Of a stretch of 64,000 nt of DNA, positions 28,101 to 35,710 are shown piece after piece (positions within the stretch are counted from its first letter, which is position 1; every line of letters starts with the position of its first letter). The stretch is from positions 3,003-67,002 of IMG/VR virus record IMGVR_UViG_3300026549_000005; one strand, written 5' to 3'. Under the pieces are notes generated by a model, which saw only the letters and a list, made by a program, of their open reading frames with translations, made no database searches and had not been told where the DNA came from. This DNA is from a virus. Both the position numbers and the translations under genes were made by a program.

Positions 28101-29393
28101 CTACACTTGTATTCCAAATCGTGGTAATGTTTCCGTCGCATAACGTAAGGCATCCATTCCGTGGGAAAAGTCATGTTCAGGCTCGTTCATTATTTTATCA
28201 GTCATTCTATCTTTTTTCCAAGCGTAATTGCTCAATTCCTCGATTATGTGGACGCATCTAGGGTGAACTATAATTTCATAATCCTGCAACCGCTGAATAC
28301 CTCCAAGAACGCTACCAGCACCTTTTTTACACCCCCTTATTCCCTGCAAACCCAATAATTTTAATTCATTTATTGTACGAGGGTCTTCGCTATCAGCATA
28401 AATTGAACTTTTTCCAAATCCTGCGGTTATTACTGTATTTGCTATCTTCTGATTGCTCATTGTCGTTTCGCAAAATTCATAATAAATATAAATTTTATAA
28501 TTCTTTTTATCGGCATAAGAAGCAACAAAAAAAGTAGGGTCTGCCGAATAGCCAAAATCCATACCATTGCAGGAAACAAAACTGGGTAATCCCCTTTTAT
28601 CCTTTTCATTTGCGTGTTTCTGCAAAATTTCATCAATATCAAATTCCTCAACTTTCCAATTGGTATAAATAAGACCTTCAGCAATACCCCATTCACCCAA
28701 GCCTTCAATCTTGTATCTTCTAGGGTTTCTTTCTTTCATTATTTCATAGATTCTTTTATCCTGCTCTGAAAGAAATTCATTCATCATGTAATTGGTTGTC
28801 ATTGCAAGGGTGTTTTCATCAGGCTTATCAAAGAAACGCTTTTTAATCCAACTTTTGTCACTCCACGGGTTAAATGTAAGAATGAATTGATGGTATAAAA
28901 CATCAGGCAACTTTCCACGAATACTTAAATCAAGTTTATTAAAATCATCTTCCCTTGTGATTTGGAATGCCTCTTCAATCCACACCCAACACAAATATCC
29001 ATCTGCAACCGTGATAGATGTTAAACTTTGTGCATCATCAAGACCACCAAAAATAAATTGTTGCCCGCTAGGCAGGAAAGTCAATGTATGTTCTGATTTT
29101 GGAATCTTCCACCAACCAGCAACGCCTAATTTATTTATTGCCCATATCAATTGTGCTCTTGTGGAATTCCAATTGGTGTTCATATATCTTCTGATAACAA
29201 GTGTATAAGGTTTCAACCCGTATCTGAAGAAATAGTACATTGTATTATAAACAAGTTTTAATGCAGTTGTTGCTGATTTTTTAGAGCCACGACCTCCCTT
29301 ACATGCAAGATAGCGTTTCTTGCTGAAAAGGAAATCATCATAATTTTCACCAACCGCCTCCTGCAAGTCAATCTTTTGTTGTATTACGTTCAT
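28101..29393 (-). CDS. terL: terminase large subunit (PBSX XtmB-like)
   Basis: Walker A CKGGRGSKKS; 430 aa; C-terminal nuclease-type acidic motifs; synteny. Confidence 0.9.
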   Translation of the reverse strand: MNVIQQKIDLQEAVGENYDDFLFSKKRYLACKGGRGSKKSATTALKLVYNTMYYFFRYGLKPYTLVIRRYMNTNWNSTRAQLIWAINKLGVAGWWKIPKSEHTLTFLPSGQQFIFGGLDDAQSLTSITVADGYLCWVWIEEAFQITREDDFNKLDLSIRGKLPDVLYHQFILTFNPWSDKSWIKKRFFDKPDENTLAMTTNYMMNEFLSEQDKRIYEIMKERNPRRYKIEGLGEWGIAEGLIYTNWKVEEFDIDEILQKHANEKDKRGLPSFVSCNGMDFGYSADPTFFVASYADKKNYKIYIYYEFCETTMSNQKIANTVITAGFGKSSIYADSEDPRTINELKLLGLQGIRGCKKGAGSVLGGIQRLQDYEIIVHPRCVHIIEELSNYAWKKDRMTDKIMNEPEHDFSHGMDALRYATETLPRFGIQV

Positions 29394-29988
29394 CTGCTTT
29401 TTCCATATCTGTATTAAAGATTATTTCCACTTTGCTCTGATTTTCGCTTTCCTTTAAGTTTCTAAGTGCTTCATTTTTGAAATCCATTATTTCATTCAAC
29501 TGCTGAATACTACTAAGAATAGCCTCATTTACATTTTTATTACTAATATGTCTCTTGCACACCTGAATCCTCTGCCACTTCCAAGAGTCTACATCTTTCT
29601 CAATCTGCTTGAGCAACTTCTTGGCGATTCTAGGTTTTTTCATCTGCCTTTCCAGTTCTTCAATCTTTTTATCTATCAGGTCTAATTCATCATAGAATGC
29701 CTCCTCATAACGCAAATTTTCCTTCTTATTTACGTCAAGCAGGTCGATTAGTTCACCCATTGCTTTTTCTTTATTCCACACTGCCTTATTTTTGCATTCT
29801 TCCAGTATCTCCGCTTTTCTTTTATTGAAATATACCTGCACTTCATTCTTAGCGAATAATTGGCTTGCCTGCGAATCTATCAGTGACGGTTTTTTACTTT
29901 TACTTGACGGGAATGCCCTTATGAATGCAGTTCTATGATTATACCCCTGCAATATATATTCCACATACATTTCCTGATTGTATGTCAT
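29368..29988 (-). CDS. terS: terminase small subunit
   Basis: 206 aa, overlaps the terL start; N-terminal HTH-like YILQGYNHRTAFIRAF..SQASQLFAKNEV. Confidence 0.7.
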   Translation of the reverse strand: MTYNQEMYVEYILQGYNHRTAFIRAFPSSKSKKPSLIDSQASQLFAKNEVQVYFNKRKAEILEECKNKAVWNKEKAMGELIDLLDVNKKENLRYEEAFYDELDLIDKKIEELERQMKKPRIAKKLLKQIEKDVDSWKWQRIQVCKRHISNKNVNEAILSSIQQLNEIMDFKNEALRNLKESENQSKVEIIFNTDMEKADERNTTKD

Positions 29989-30006
29989 AAATTATCCTCC
30001 GCATAT

Positions 30007-30036
30007 ATATTACAGTTAAAACACCATTTTTTACAA
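30007..30036 (-). promoter_or_regulatory. candidate late-operon promoter TTGTAA-18-TAATAT
   Basis: Read on the minus strand upstream of terS; an SD GGAGG follows. Confidence 0.35.
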
Positions 30037-30074
30037 GTTTTTAACCATTTTTGCACCTTTTTAACACTATTTTT
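30027..30074. promoter_or_regulatory. five helically phased T5-6 (A-tract) runs, predicted intrinsically bent DNA
   Basis: T-tracts start at 30027, 30038, 30048, 30058 and 30070 (spacing 11, 10, 10, 12). Confidence 0.6.
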
Positions 30075-30080
30075 CAATAA

Positions 30081-30115
30081 AAAAGACCGTGAATCATAGA
30101 AATTTACGGTCTTTT
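30081..30115. terminator. bidirectional terminator separating the early/middle and late regions
   Basis: 10-bp stem aaaagaccgt/acggtctttt; A-run and T-run on either side. Confidence 0.7.
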
Positions 30116-30159
30116 AACTAGTAATTTTACTCATTTCAAGGGTTTTTCAGGTGAATTTT

Positions 30160-30177
30160 GCCTTATTTTCCTGCTTT
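30160..30177. repeat. 18-nt direct repeat, copy 1
   Basis: gccttattttcctgcttt, identical to 30484..30501. Confidence 0.8.
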
Positions 30178-30196
30178 CATTGTATGAAAATGTGAA

Positions 30197-30400
30197 TCAG
30201 CAAAACTCTATTTTTGACGTACTCCAAGACTTAACTCTCTTTGGTTCTTTCAATGGCTTGTATACTTTTCTTGAACCAATTTGACAATCTTTTTCAGGGC
30301 TGTCATAAATTAAAGTTACATACCACCACCCAACTAAATGTGGATGCGGATTTCCTGCAATCTGTGGATATTTTACAAGTTCTGTGTACTCCCTTCTCAT
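30197..30400 (-). CDS. hypothetical protein
   Basis: ORF 30197..30433 (TTG start) trimmed to ATG 30400 after GAGAAGG. Confidence 0.4.
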   Translation of the reverse strand: MRREYTELVKYPQIAGNPHPHLVGWWYVTLIYDSPEKDCQIGSRKVYKPLKEPKRVKSWSTSKIEFC

Positions 30401-30483
30401 ACCTTCTCTACCTCTATTTTTACTTTTATACAAACTCGTTCATTCATATTCGCTTTCTTTCTTAAAAAATTCAATATCTTCCT

Positions 30484-30501
30484 GCCTTATTTTCCTGCTT
30501 T
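30484..30501. repeat. 18-nt direct repeat, copy 2 (covers the stop of 30487..30642)
   Basis: gccttattttcctgcttt. Confidence 0.8.
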
Positions 30502-30642
30502 TTCAACACCAAAATAATAGGCTATTTTATCTGAATCATCCGGGATATTATGGTCAGTTAAAGCATTTGCCATATCGCTCCAACTGTACGAACAGTCAAA
30601 ACCCCTGCTTTCAATTTCATCATCAATATCAAATAATTTCAT
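30487..30642 (-). CDS. small hypothetical protein (51 aa, not in the ORF track)
   Basis: ATG 30642 abuts the upstream stop; hand translation MKLFDIDDEIESRGFDCSYSWSDMANALTDHN...EKAGK*. Confidence 0.4.
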   Translation of the reverse strand: MKLFDIDDEIESRGFDCSYSWSDMANALTDHNIPDDSDKIAYYFGVEKAGK

Positions 30643-30957
30643 TTATCTACCCTCATAATGCTTTTTAATTCTTTCAAAAACATTTTCTGCTGAAAGATAG
30701 CCAACAACATCATCATTCTGCAATTCCTTATCAGTTAATAAACCCATTATTTCAAGCAAATCTTGTTCCCGACCATAAGAACCATCATGCTCAATTACTG
30801 AACAAACTCTATCAAATGTTTCTTTTTCAACACAATCAGGGTCATTTTTCTTTGGATAGCAAAGATGATAACCACCCATATATTCACCAAATTCAAAAGG
30901 AATTTCAGCCTTTTCAAGCATTTCCTTTAATCTAAAAATTTCATTGTATTTATTCAT
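30643..30957 (-). CDS. hypothetical protein
   Basis: 104-aa ORF. Confidence 0.55.
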   Translation of the reverse strand: MNKYNEIFRLKEMLEKAEIPFEFGEYMGGYHLCYPKKNDPDCVEKETFDRVCSVIEHDGSYGREQDLLEIMGLLTDKELQNDDVVGYLSAENVFERIKKHYEGR

Positions 30958-31136
30958 TCTTCAATCCCCATATCTTTCCTTATTTCTTTAATATTCATAC
31001 CAATAAAAAACATTGCCCTGCCAAATTTATGCTTTTCATCAGTATCACCAACAACTGCATTTGCAAAAACCTCAATCTTATCCTGCCATTTTTTAGGAAA
31101 TTTCTTATTCAGGTACAAATCAATAACATCTTTCAT
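30954..31136 (-). CDS. hypothetical protein
   Basis: 60-aa ORF, 4-nt overlaps on both sides. Confidence 0.5.
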   Translation of the reverse strand: MKDVIDLYLNKKFPKKWQDKIEVFANAVVGDTDEKHKFGRAMFFIGMNIKEIRKDMGIEE

Positions 31137-31312
31137 TTTACCCTCCTGATTCCATTGAAATTAGCAATAATATTTCTTTCAGTCTGAAGTGCATCAAACT
31201 GCACCACTAAAACAACCTTATTTAAGATGTTATTATATTTATTTCTAACAACACCCCCGCCAAATACTTCATGCTCAACCTTATCACCGATTCTGTATCT
31301 TTCACCTTTCAT
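31133..31312 (-). CDS. small protein with a Tudor/UvrD-C-terminal-like motif
   Basis: ATG 31312 after AAAGGAG; RIGDKVEHEVFGGGVV pattern. Confidence 0.45.
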   Translation of the reverse strand: MKGERYRIGDKVEHEVFGGGVVRNKYNNILNKVVLVVQFDALQTERNIIANFNGIRRVK

Positions 31313-31313
31313 T

Positions 31314-32159
31314 TCAGTTCTCCTTTGCAATTTCAGCTTCAGCATCAATACCACTAATTTCCATAAAGATTTCGTTATTCCAGTTAGGAAGTTTTAAGAG
31401 CTTTTTATGCTCTTCCTTGCTTGCTTTATTCCAAGCAATACGGAAAGCCTCTTTATAAGAAAGAGTTTTCAAAAACCCGCCATATGTTTCTATTTCCGTC
31501 TTGTGAGCTTTCTTCTCCTCCGCTGTTGCTGTGTCGTGTGAAACCCAAACAGTAAGGTTGAAATACAAGAAACTTGGAAAATAAATATCGTTGCGTGGAA
31601 TATTTGTTTCTTTATTGAAAATGCGGACAAGCGGAGAATCTGTATTGAAAAATCCGCTGTTCCAATCTCCGCTGTTCCAACTTCCGCTGTTCCTATCTCC
31701 GCTGTTCCTATCTCCGCTGTTCCAATCTCCGCTGTTCCAACTTCCGCTGTTACAACTTCCGCTGTTCCTATTTCCGCTGTTCCTATCTCCGCTGTTACAA
31801 CTTCCGCTGTTCCAATCTCCGCTGTTCCAACTTCCGCTGTTACAACTTCCGCTGTTACAACTGTTATATTCGTTCAATTCCTCACGAGGAATTTCACGCA
31901 ATATAGTCAGCTTGTTTGTGCCGTATTTATCCCCATCTGTAACAATATCACCCTCAGCAATTACTTCGCAAATACGGCTCTTTGAAATACAATAATCACT
32001 GACATTTTCAATTCTACGCAACTCACGGCAGAAGTGAAAAACTGTATCACTACAAAGCCTTAAATCTTTTTTTGCTCTACCAGTTTCATAAGTCTTTCCA
32101 ACTTCAAACTTAAATCCTCTGCACTGCAAATTCTCATCAAACGCTTTATATCCAATCAT
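31314..32159 (-). CDS. pentapeptide-repeat (NSGxx) protein, first gene after early promoter P2
   Basis: 14 tandem x-x-N-S-G pentapeptides (SCNSG/SWNSG/DWNSG/DRNSG/NRNSG) between globular N- and C-terminal domains. Confidence 0.7.
   Translation of the reverse strand: MIGYKAFDENLQCRGFKFEVGKTYETGRAKKDLRLCSDTVFHFCRELRRIENVSDYCISKSRICEVIAEGDIVTDGDKYGTNKLTILREIPREELNEYNSCNSGSCNSGSWNSGDWNSGSCNSGDRNSGNRNSGSCNSGSWNSGDWNSGDRNSGDRNSGSWNSGDWNSGFFNTDSPLVRIFNKETNIPRNDIYFPSFLYFNLTVWVSHDTATAEEKKAHKTEIETYGGFLKTLSYKEAFRIAWNKASKEEHKKLLKLPNWNNEIFMEISGIDAEAEIAKEN
31653..31862 (-). repeat. 14 tandem 15-nt repeats (coding, in frame)
   Basis: Unit tccgctgtt + variable hexamer, counted unit by unit across 31653..31862. 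Confidence 0.9.
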
Positions 32160-32195
32160 ATTAAACTCCTTGCAAGGCTCTGCCTTACATTTATT

Positions 32196-32224
32196 ATATT
32201 AAATCAATTTATATAAAAAGTCAA
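32196..32224 (-). promoter_or_regulatory. early promoter P2 (TTGACT-17-TAATAT)
   Basis: Conserved motif; leader hairpin AAGGC/GCCTT (32174-32186) abuts the SD AAGGAG. Confidence 0.6.
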
Positions 32225-32291
32225 GCACTTTATATAAATTATTTTAATTTTTTATTAAACAGTGCTATTATATTTCTAGAGGTAATTATGA

Positions 32292-32669
32292 ATGAAAAAA
32301 TCAAAATCTTTTTTGGCGGTTTTATTAGTGCTTGTGCTTTTATCGGGTCAATTATCTGCACAATCTTTTTCAGAAAAAACAGACGAACAACTGATTCAGA
32401 CGCTAGAGCAGGAATTGAACAAGCAAGAGCAACTTGTGAATCAGCAGGCGGAACATCTACAGAACTTGCAGGAACAACTCAAGAGGCAATCAGAATTGAA
32501 CAAGACCTTGCAGGAACAAATGAACAACTTACAGAATCAATTAGAACAAGCAGACAAATCATTGATGAACTCAAAAAAAGGCACACTTAAAGATAAAATA
32601 ATTATCGGTTCAATGTGCCTTTTAAGCGGTTTTGCAATAGGTTCAACTATTGTTTATATAAACAAATAA
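32292..32669 (+). CDS. secreted/membrane-anchored coiled-coil protein (plus-strand moron)
   Basis: Signal-like KSFLAVLLVLVLLSGQLSA, Q/E/L heptad region, C-terminal TM IIIGSMCLLSGFAIGSTIVYI. Confidence 0.55.
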   Translation: MKKSKSFLAVLLVLVLLSGQLSAQSFSEKTDEQLIQTLEQELNKQEQLVNQQAEHLQNLQEQLKRQSELNKTLQEQMNNLQNQLEQADKSLMNSKKGTLKDKIIIGSMCLLSGFAIGSTIVYINK

Positions 32670-32674
32670 AAAAA

Positions 32675-32696
32675 GCAGGCTATATTTCAAGCCTGC
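32675..32696 (-). terminator. terminator for leftward transcripts
   Basis: Stem gcaggc/gcctgc followed on the minus strand by TTTTTTTATTT. Confidence 0.5.
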
Positions 32697-32703
32697 CTTA
32701 AAA

Positions 32704-32865
32704 TCAATAACCAACATTTAATTTCAATGCTTTTTCCTTGAATCCAATACTTGCGTTTTTATAAAACGTTGCCATATTCCAATCACCTTTTTTAGCATAA
32801 TCAATTGCTTTCAAACAACATTTATCACTCTTGTTCATCAATTCTTCATAAGTTACTTCTTTCAT
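32704..32865 (-). CDS. small hypothetical protein (53 aa, not in the ORF track)
   Basis: ATG 32865 after GAGGTAG; hand translation MKEVTYEELMNKSDKCCLKAIDYAKKGDWNM... Confidence 0.45.
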   Translation of the reverse strand: MKEVTYEELMNKSDKCCLKAIDYAKKGDWNMATFYKNASIGFKEKALKLNVGY

Positions 32866-32875
32866 TTTACTACCT

Positions 32876-33061
32876 CTACTGCATTATCTGAAATTTACAT
32901 TTATTACAAACCATATGTATATGCCCATTCAATTTGGATTTACTAATAAAAAGTTTACCGCCACATACACAAGTAACTTCTCTCTCTTCACCTAACTTTA
33001 AATCTTCAGGGATTTTTTCAAGATATGACATAAAAATATCTTCTAGTTTTTTATTTGTCAT
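32876..33061 (-). CDS. zinc-ribbon protein
   Basis: CVCGG...CNKC cysteine pairs. Confidence 0.5.
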   Translation of the reverse strand: MTNKKLEDIFMSYLEKIPEDLKLGEEREVTCVCGGKLFISKSKLNGHIHMVCNKCKFQIMQ

Positions 33062-33141
33062 TCATCTAACCTCCAATTACTTAAAGATTTACAATACTCC
33101 CCTTGCGGGATTCCTTAAAAATCCTGCAAAACCTTTTTATT

Positions 33142-33471
33142 TTAGCAATTAAAACCTACCACTCTAGGCATTCTTGTTTCCATTCCCGTATATCTTGTAA
33201 ATGTTTCAGCCAATGTATCACAATAAATACCATCAACCTTATTTACAACCTTGTAACTACCAGCACGCAATCTGCCAAATTCAACAGTGTAATCATCCAT
33301 TGCAGTCAATGTAATTCTTACAATGTTGATTGAATTGCAGTTCTTACCAATCTTAAACTGAATTGTATCAGTTTTATGGTCTACTGCAAACTGCTTTGCT
33401 CCCGTCATCATTCTAAACTGATTAAAACCACCCAACTGATTAAAAATGTCATTGATTTGATATTGTTTCAT
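33142..33471 (-). CDS. hypothetical early protein
   Basis: ORF trimmed to ATG 33471 after AAGGAG; sole gene directly after P3. Confidence 0.6.
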   Translation of the reverse strand: MKQYQINDIFNQLGGFNQFRMMTGAKQFAVDHKTDTIQFKIGKNCNSINIVRITLTAMDDYTVEFGRLRAGSYKVVNKVDGIYCDTLAETFTRYTGMETRMPRVVGFNC

Positions 33472-33507
33472 ACATAACTCCTTATAAGGTTTTCCCTTAC
33501 ATTTATA

Positions 33508-33536
33508 AATATAAAGCATATTATATAAAATGTCAA
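33508..33536 (-). promoter_or_regulatory. early promoter P3 (TTGACA-17-TATATT)
   Basis: Conserved motif; leader hairpin TAAGG/CCTTA (33485-33499). Confidence 0.6.
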
Positions 33537-33566
33537 GTAGTTTATATAAAATTATTTCTTTTTATT

Positions 33567-33701
33567 TTAACTTGCTTTTATTGCCCTACCCTGCTTTTCA
33601 GCATCTTCCTTTTTCTTATAAACTGTAACAACACAATCAATTGAATTATCAGGAATTTGTTTCATCAATTCCAACGCATCACCAAATCTTAAATCAATCA
33701 T
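33567..33701 (-). pseudogene. N-terminal remnant of a DNA methyltransferase (44 codons)
   Basis: MIDLRFGDALELMKQIPDNSIDCVVT matches the N-terminus of the intact MTase (LLHGDCLELMKSIPDKSIDMVLCDLPY), then diverges before the DPPY motif. Confidence 0.55.
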
Positions 33702-33934
33702 AATTTTTCTTTTAATTCCTTTATCGTTTCTTTTGGTAAATTATCAAGTAATCTTCTTGACAATTTCACTGCACAATCCTTACAAACATACATGTTTTTA
33801 TTTGGAGCACACATTCTTTTATTTGTGTATTCATTATAATTATAAACTTCAATTGCAACATATTTCCAAGCATTACCACCACAAATTGTACAATGCTCTA
33901 AATTATCAGCAATTACCCCAACATATCTAATCAT
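33698..33934 (-). CDS. zinc-finger protein
   Basis: CTICGG...CKDC pairs. Confidence 0.5.
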   Translation of the reverse strand: MIRYVGVIADNLEHCTICGGNAWKYVAIEVYNYNEYTNKRMCAPNKNMYVCKDCAVKLSRRLLDNLPKETIKELKEKL

Positions 33935-34128
33935 ATTGTTGCACCACCTTTCTTACCACACCAACCATCACCACCACCCATTGCAATTCCCCGCCATTCA
34001 AGCACCCGTTTCATTTTACCTTTACAGATAGGGCAAACCTGCTTTTCTTTTTCCTTATCGTAATTTGAAATGGGAATTTCAACTTCCTGCACCTTATTGC
34101 AGGATTCACACTTAAAATTATAATACAT
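33931..34128 (-). CDS. FmdB-like zinc-ribbon protein
   Basis: YNFKCESCNK...CPICKG pattern. Confidence 0.5.
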   Translation of the reverse strand: MYYNFKCESCNKVQEVEIPISNYDKEKEKQVCPICKGKMKRVLEWRGIAMGGGDGWCGKKGGATI

Positions 34129-34143
34129 ATCTATTCACTCTCC

Positions 34144-34347
34144 TTATAAAAACATTTCTTTTAATATTTCTTCTGTTACACCATTTTTATATTTTTCTTT
34201 TATTGCCTTTATTTTTTCAAGACTATTTTTATATTCCAATCCCGAAAATCTTTCATTGTTTTTTCGCTTTTTTCTAGGCAATAAACCTTTTCTAATACGA
34301 TATATGTATTGGTCTTTTGTTAAGCCTAATTCTTCATAGATTTTCAT
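34144..34347 (-). CDS. small basic protein, paralogue of 37553..37786 at the C-terminus
   Basis: Shared motif IKEKYKNGVT.EI. Confidence 0.5.
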   Translation of the reverse strand: MKIYEELGLTKDQYIYRIRKGLLPRKKRKNNERFSGLEYKNSLEKIKAIKEKYKNGVTEEILKEMFL

Positions 34348-34724
34348 TTGTTTACCTGTACATGTATCAATTCCCTTGCTTCTTTTGCTCTTGTTTTATA
34401 TCCAATTTTTACTAAAGTTGTTCCACTTACTTTACAGATATTTTTTATAAACATTTCATTTGTTTCAATCCGCTTCACAAGTTCTGTACAAGCGATATAT
34501 GGTGAAGTCCATTTATTTACAAGCATTAAGATTTTAGTTTCTGTTTTTGCATTTTCTTCTCTTGCAGAATAATCACTTATAATTTTTTTAAGAGAACAAA
34601 AAGCATTCTCAGTTTCTTTTATCAATTCCTCAATCTCCATAAATAATTTTACTCCTTCATATTCTTTTCTTGTAATACCTATTCCCGATAATTCAGTAAA
34701 TCTTATATATTCTTTATCTTTCAT
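34344..34724 (-). CDS. hypothetical protein
   Basis: 126-aa ORF; start sits in the conserved junction cassette. Confidence 0.5.
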   Translation of the reverse strand: MKDKEYIRFTELSGIGITRKEYEGVKLFMEIEELIKETENAFCSLKKIISDYSAREENAKTETKILMLVNKWTSPYIACTELVKRIETNEMFIKNICKVSGTTLVKIGYKTRAKEARELIHVQVNK

Positions 34725-35035
34725 TTTTCTTTTATCTCCTTAGGCAATACAATTTCTTTCCAAGCGATAACATCTTCGTTGTCAAGATAATATTCATCAA
34801 AGTGCCAAGGTTGTTCTTTATATGCCATAAAATAGCCAACCTCAAAATGACTGTTTACTTTGCATAGATAAGGCTTGTCAAATTCTTTTGGTAAATCTCC
34901 GTCTTTTACATAGTGCCATTCGTTAGCCTTGTTATAGCCGAACTCTGCACCGTCTTGCCAAACCTCACTTACATTGTCATACAATGACGGACGGTATTTA
35001 TTATTCCACCATTCTTCTGCTTCTTTCTCAAACAT
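34721..35035 (-). CDS. DUF551-like protein
   Basis: WHYVKDGDLPKE...VIAWKEIVLP pattern. Confidence 0.4.
   Translation of the reverse strand: MFEKEAEEWWNNKYRPSLYDNVSEVWQDGAEFGYNKANEWHYVKDGDLPKEFDKPYLCKVNSHFEVGYFMAYKEQPWHFDEYYLDNEDVIAWKEIVLPKEIKEK
34722..34742 (-). repeat. junction cassette AAGGAGATAAAAGAAAAATG, copy a
   Basis: Plus-strand catttttcttttatctcctta. Confidence 0.8.
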
Positions 35036-35044
35036 ATTTACTCC

Positions 35045-35710
35045 TTAAAATATCGGTAAATCATCAAATAAAGGCATTCCACTTGCTGAAGGCTTAAATT
35101 CTTCATCATCACTTGTAATACTGAAATCATAAGGGATATGCTCCCAATTGCCTTTATAATCATCTAATTTTTGTGCAAATAGCAGGATTTTTCTAGGCTG
35201 AAGTCTAACCAACATCTCATTCCACCCATCCATGAACAACTGCCGATGCTCTTTCTTGTTCATGCAACCTACATTGCTCACGGCAACAATGCTATCTTCA
35301 GGAACTCCGTCAAAACACCAGCTATAAGAATCTTTTGTTCCCCATTCAATAGTCGGAATAACTTTAATTCCCCTTTCTTGCCAATATCTTGCAACCCACT
35401 GATTCCTATAATGATTAAAAACCTGCACTGCTTTTGGAAAATCAATGTAAGTTGAAAAATCAGGCTGAAGAACCGCATCGAATTTCTTTAATACTTCCAC
35501 ATATCTGTTAGGATAATTCCACACCCTTTCAAACTGATAATCCCATATAAAAAATGTTATGCCCGTTTTTGGTGGTAATTTTGTGTTCATTGCATAATTA
35601 AAAGTTTTCCACTTTTTAATATCAATATCTGTTACCCTTGCCAATTCAGGCACACCATATTCCCCAACACCCTCATAAAAAGCATCTTTCAAATTAAGAA
35701 AATCACCCAT
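35045..35710 (-). CDS. DUF4417-family protein
   Basis: FFIWDYQFERVWNYPNRYVEVLKKFDAVLQPDFSTY..NHYRNQWVARYWQERGIKVIPTIEWG; C-terminal MPLFDDLPIF. Confidence 0.65.
   Translation of the reverse strand: MGDFLNLKDAFYEGVGEYGVPELARVTDIDIKKWKTFNYAMNTKLPPKTGITFFIWDYQFERVWNYPNRYVEVLKKFDAVLQPDFSTYIDFPKAVQVFNHYRNQWVARYWQERGIKVIPTIEWGTKDSYSWCFDGVPEDSIVAVSNVGCMNKKEHRQLFMDGWNEMLVRLQPRKILLFAQKLDDYKGNWEHIPYDFSITSDDEEFKPSASGMPLFDDLPIF

Noticed and set aside
31653-31862. Possible CRISPR-like array (regular short repeats)
   Set aside because: The units are contiguous 15-mers with no spacers, and they lie in frame inside a coding sequence. This is a coding tandem repeat, not a CRISPR array.
31591-31995. 134-aa plus-strand ORF with PLFQS/PLFLS repeats
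   Set aside because: It is the mirror image of the 15-nt tandem repeats that encode the NSGxx pentapeptide protein on the minus strand. It has no RBS, and its open frame is explained by the repeat composition.
32288-32590. Second open frame (100 aa, TM plus charged region) overlapping the 32292..32669 gene on the same strand
   Set aside because: The region is T-poor (CAA/CAG/GAA codons), so stops are rare in all frames. The longer frame has a signal peptide, heptads, a C-terminal TM and a sensible end. Dual coding is not supported without data.
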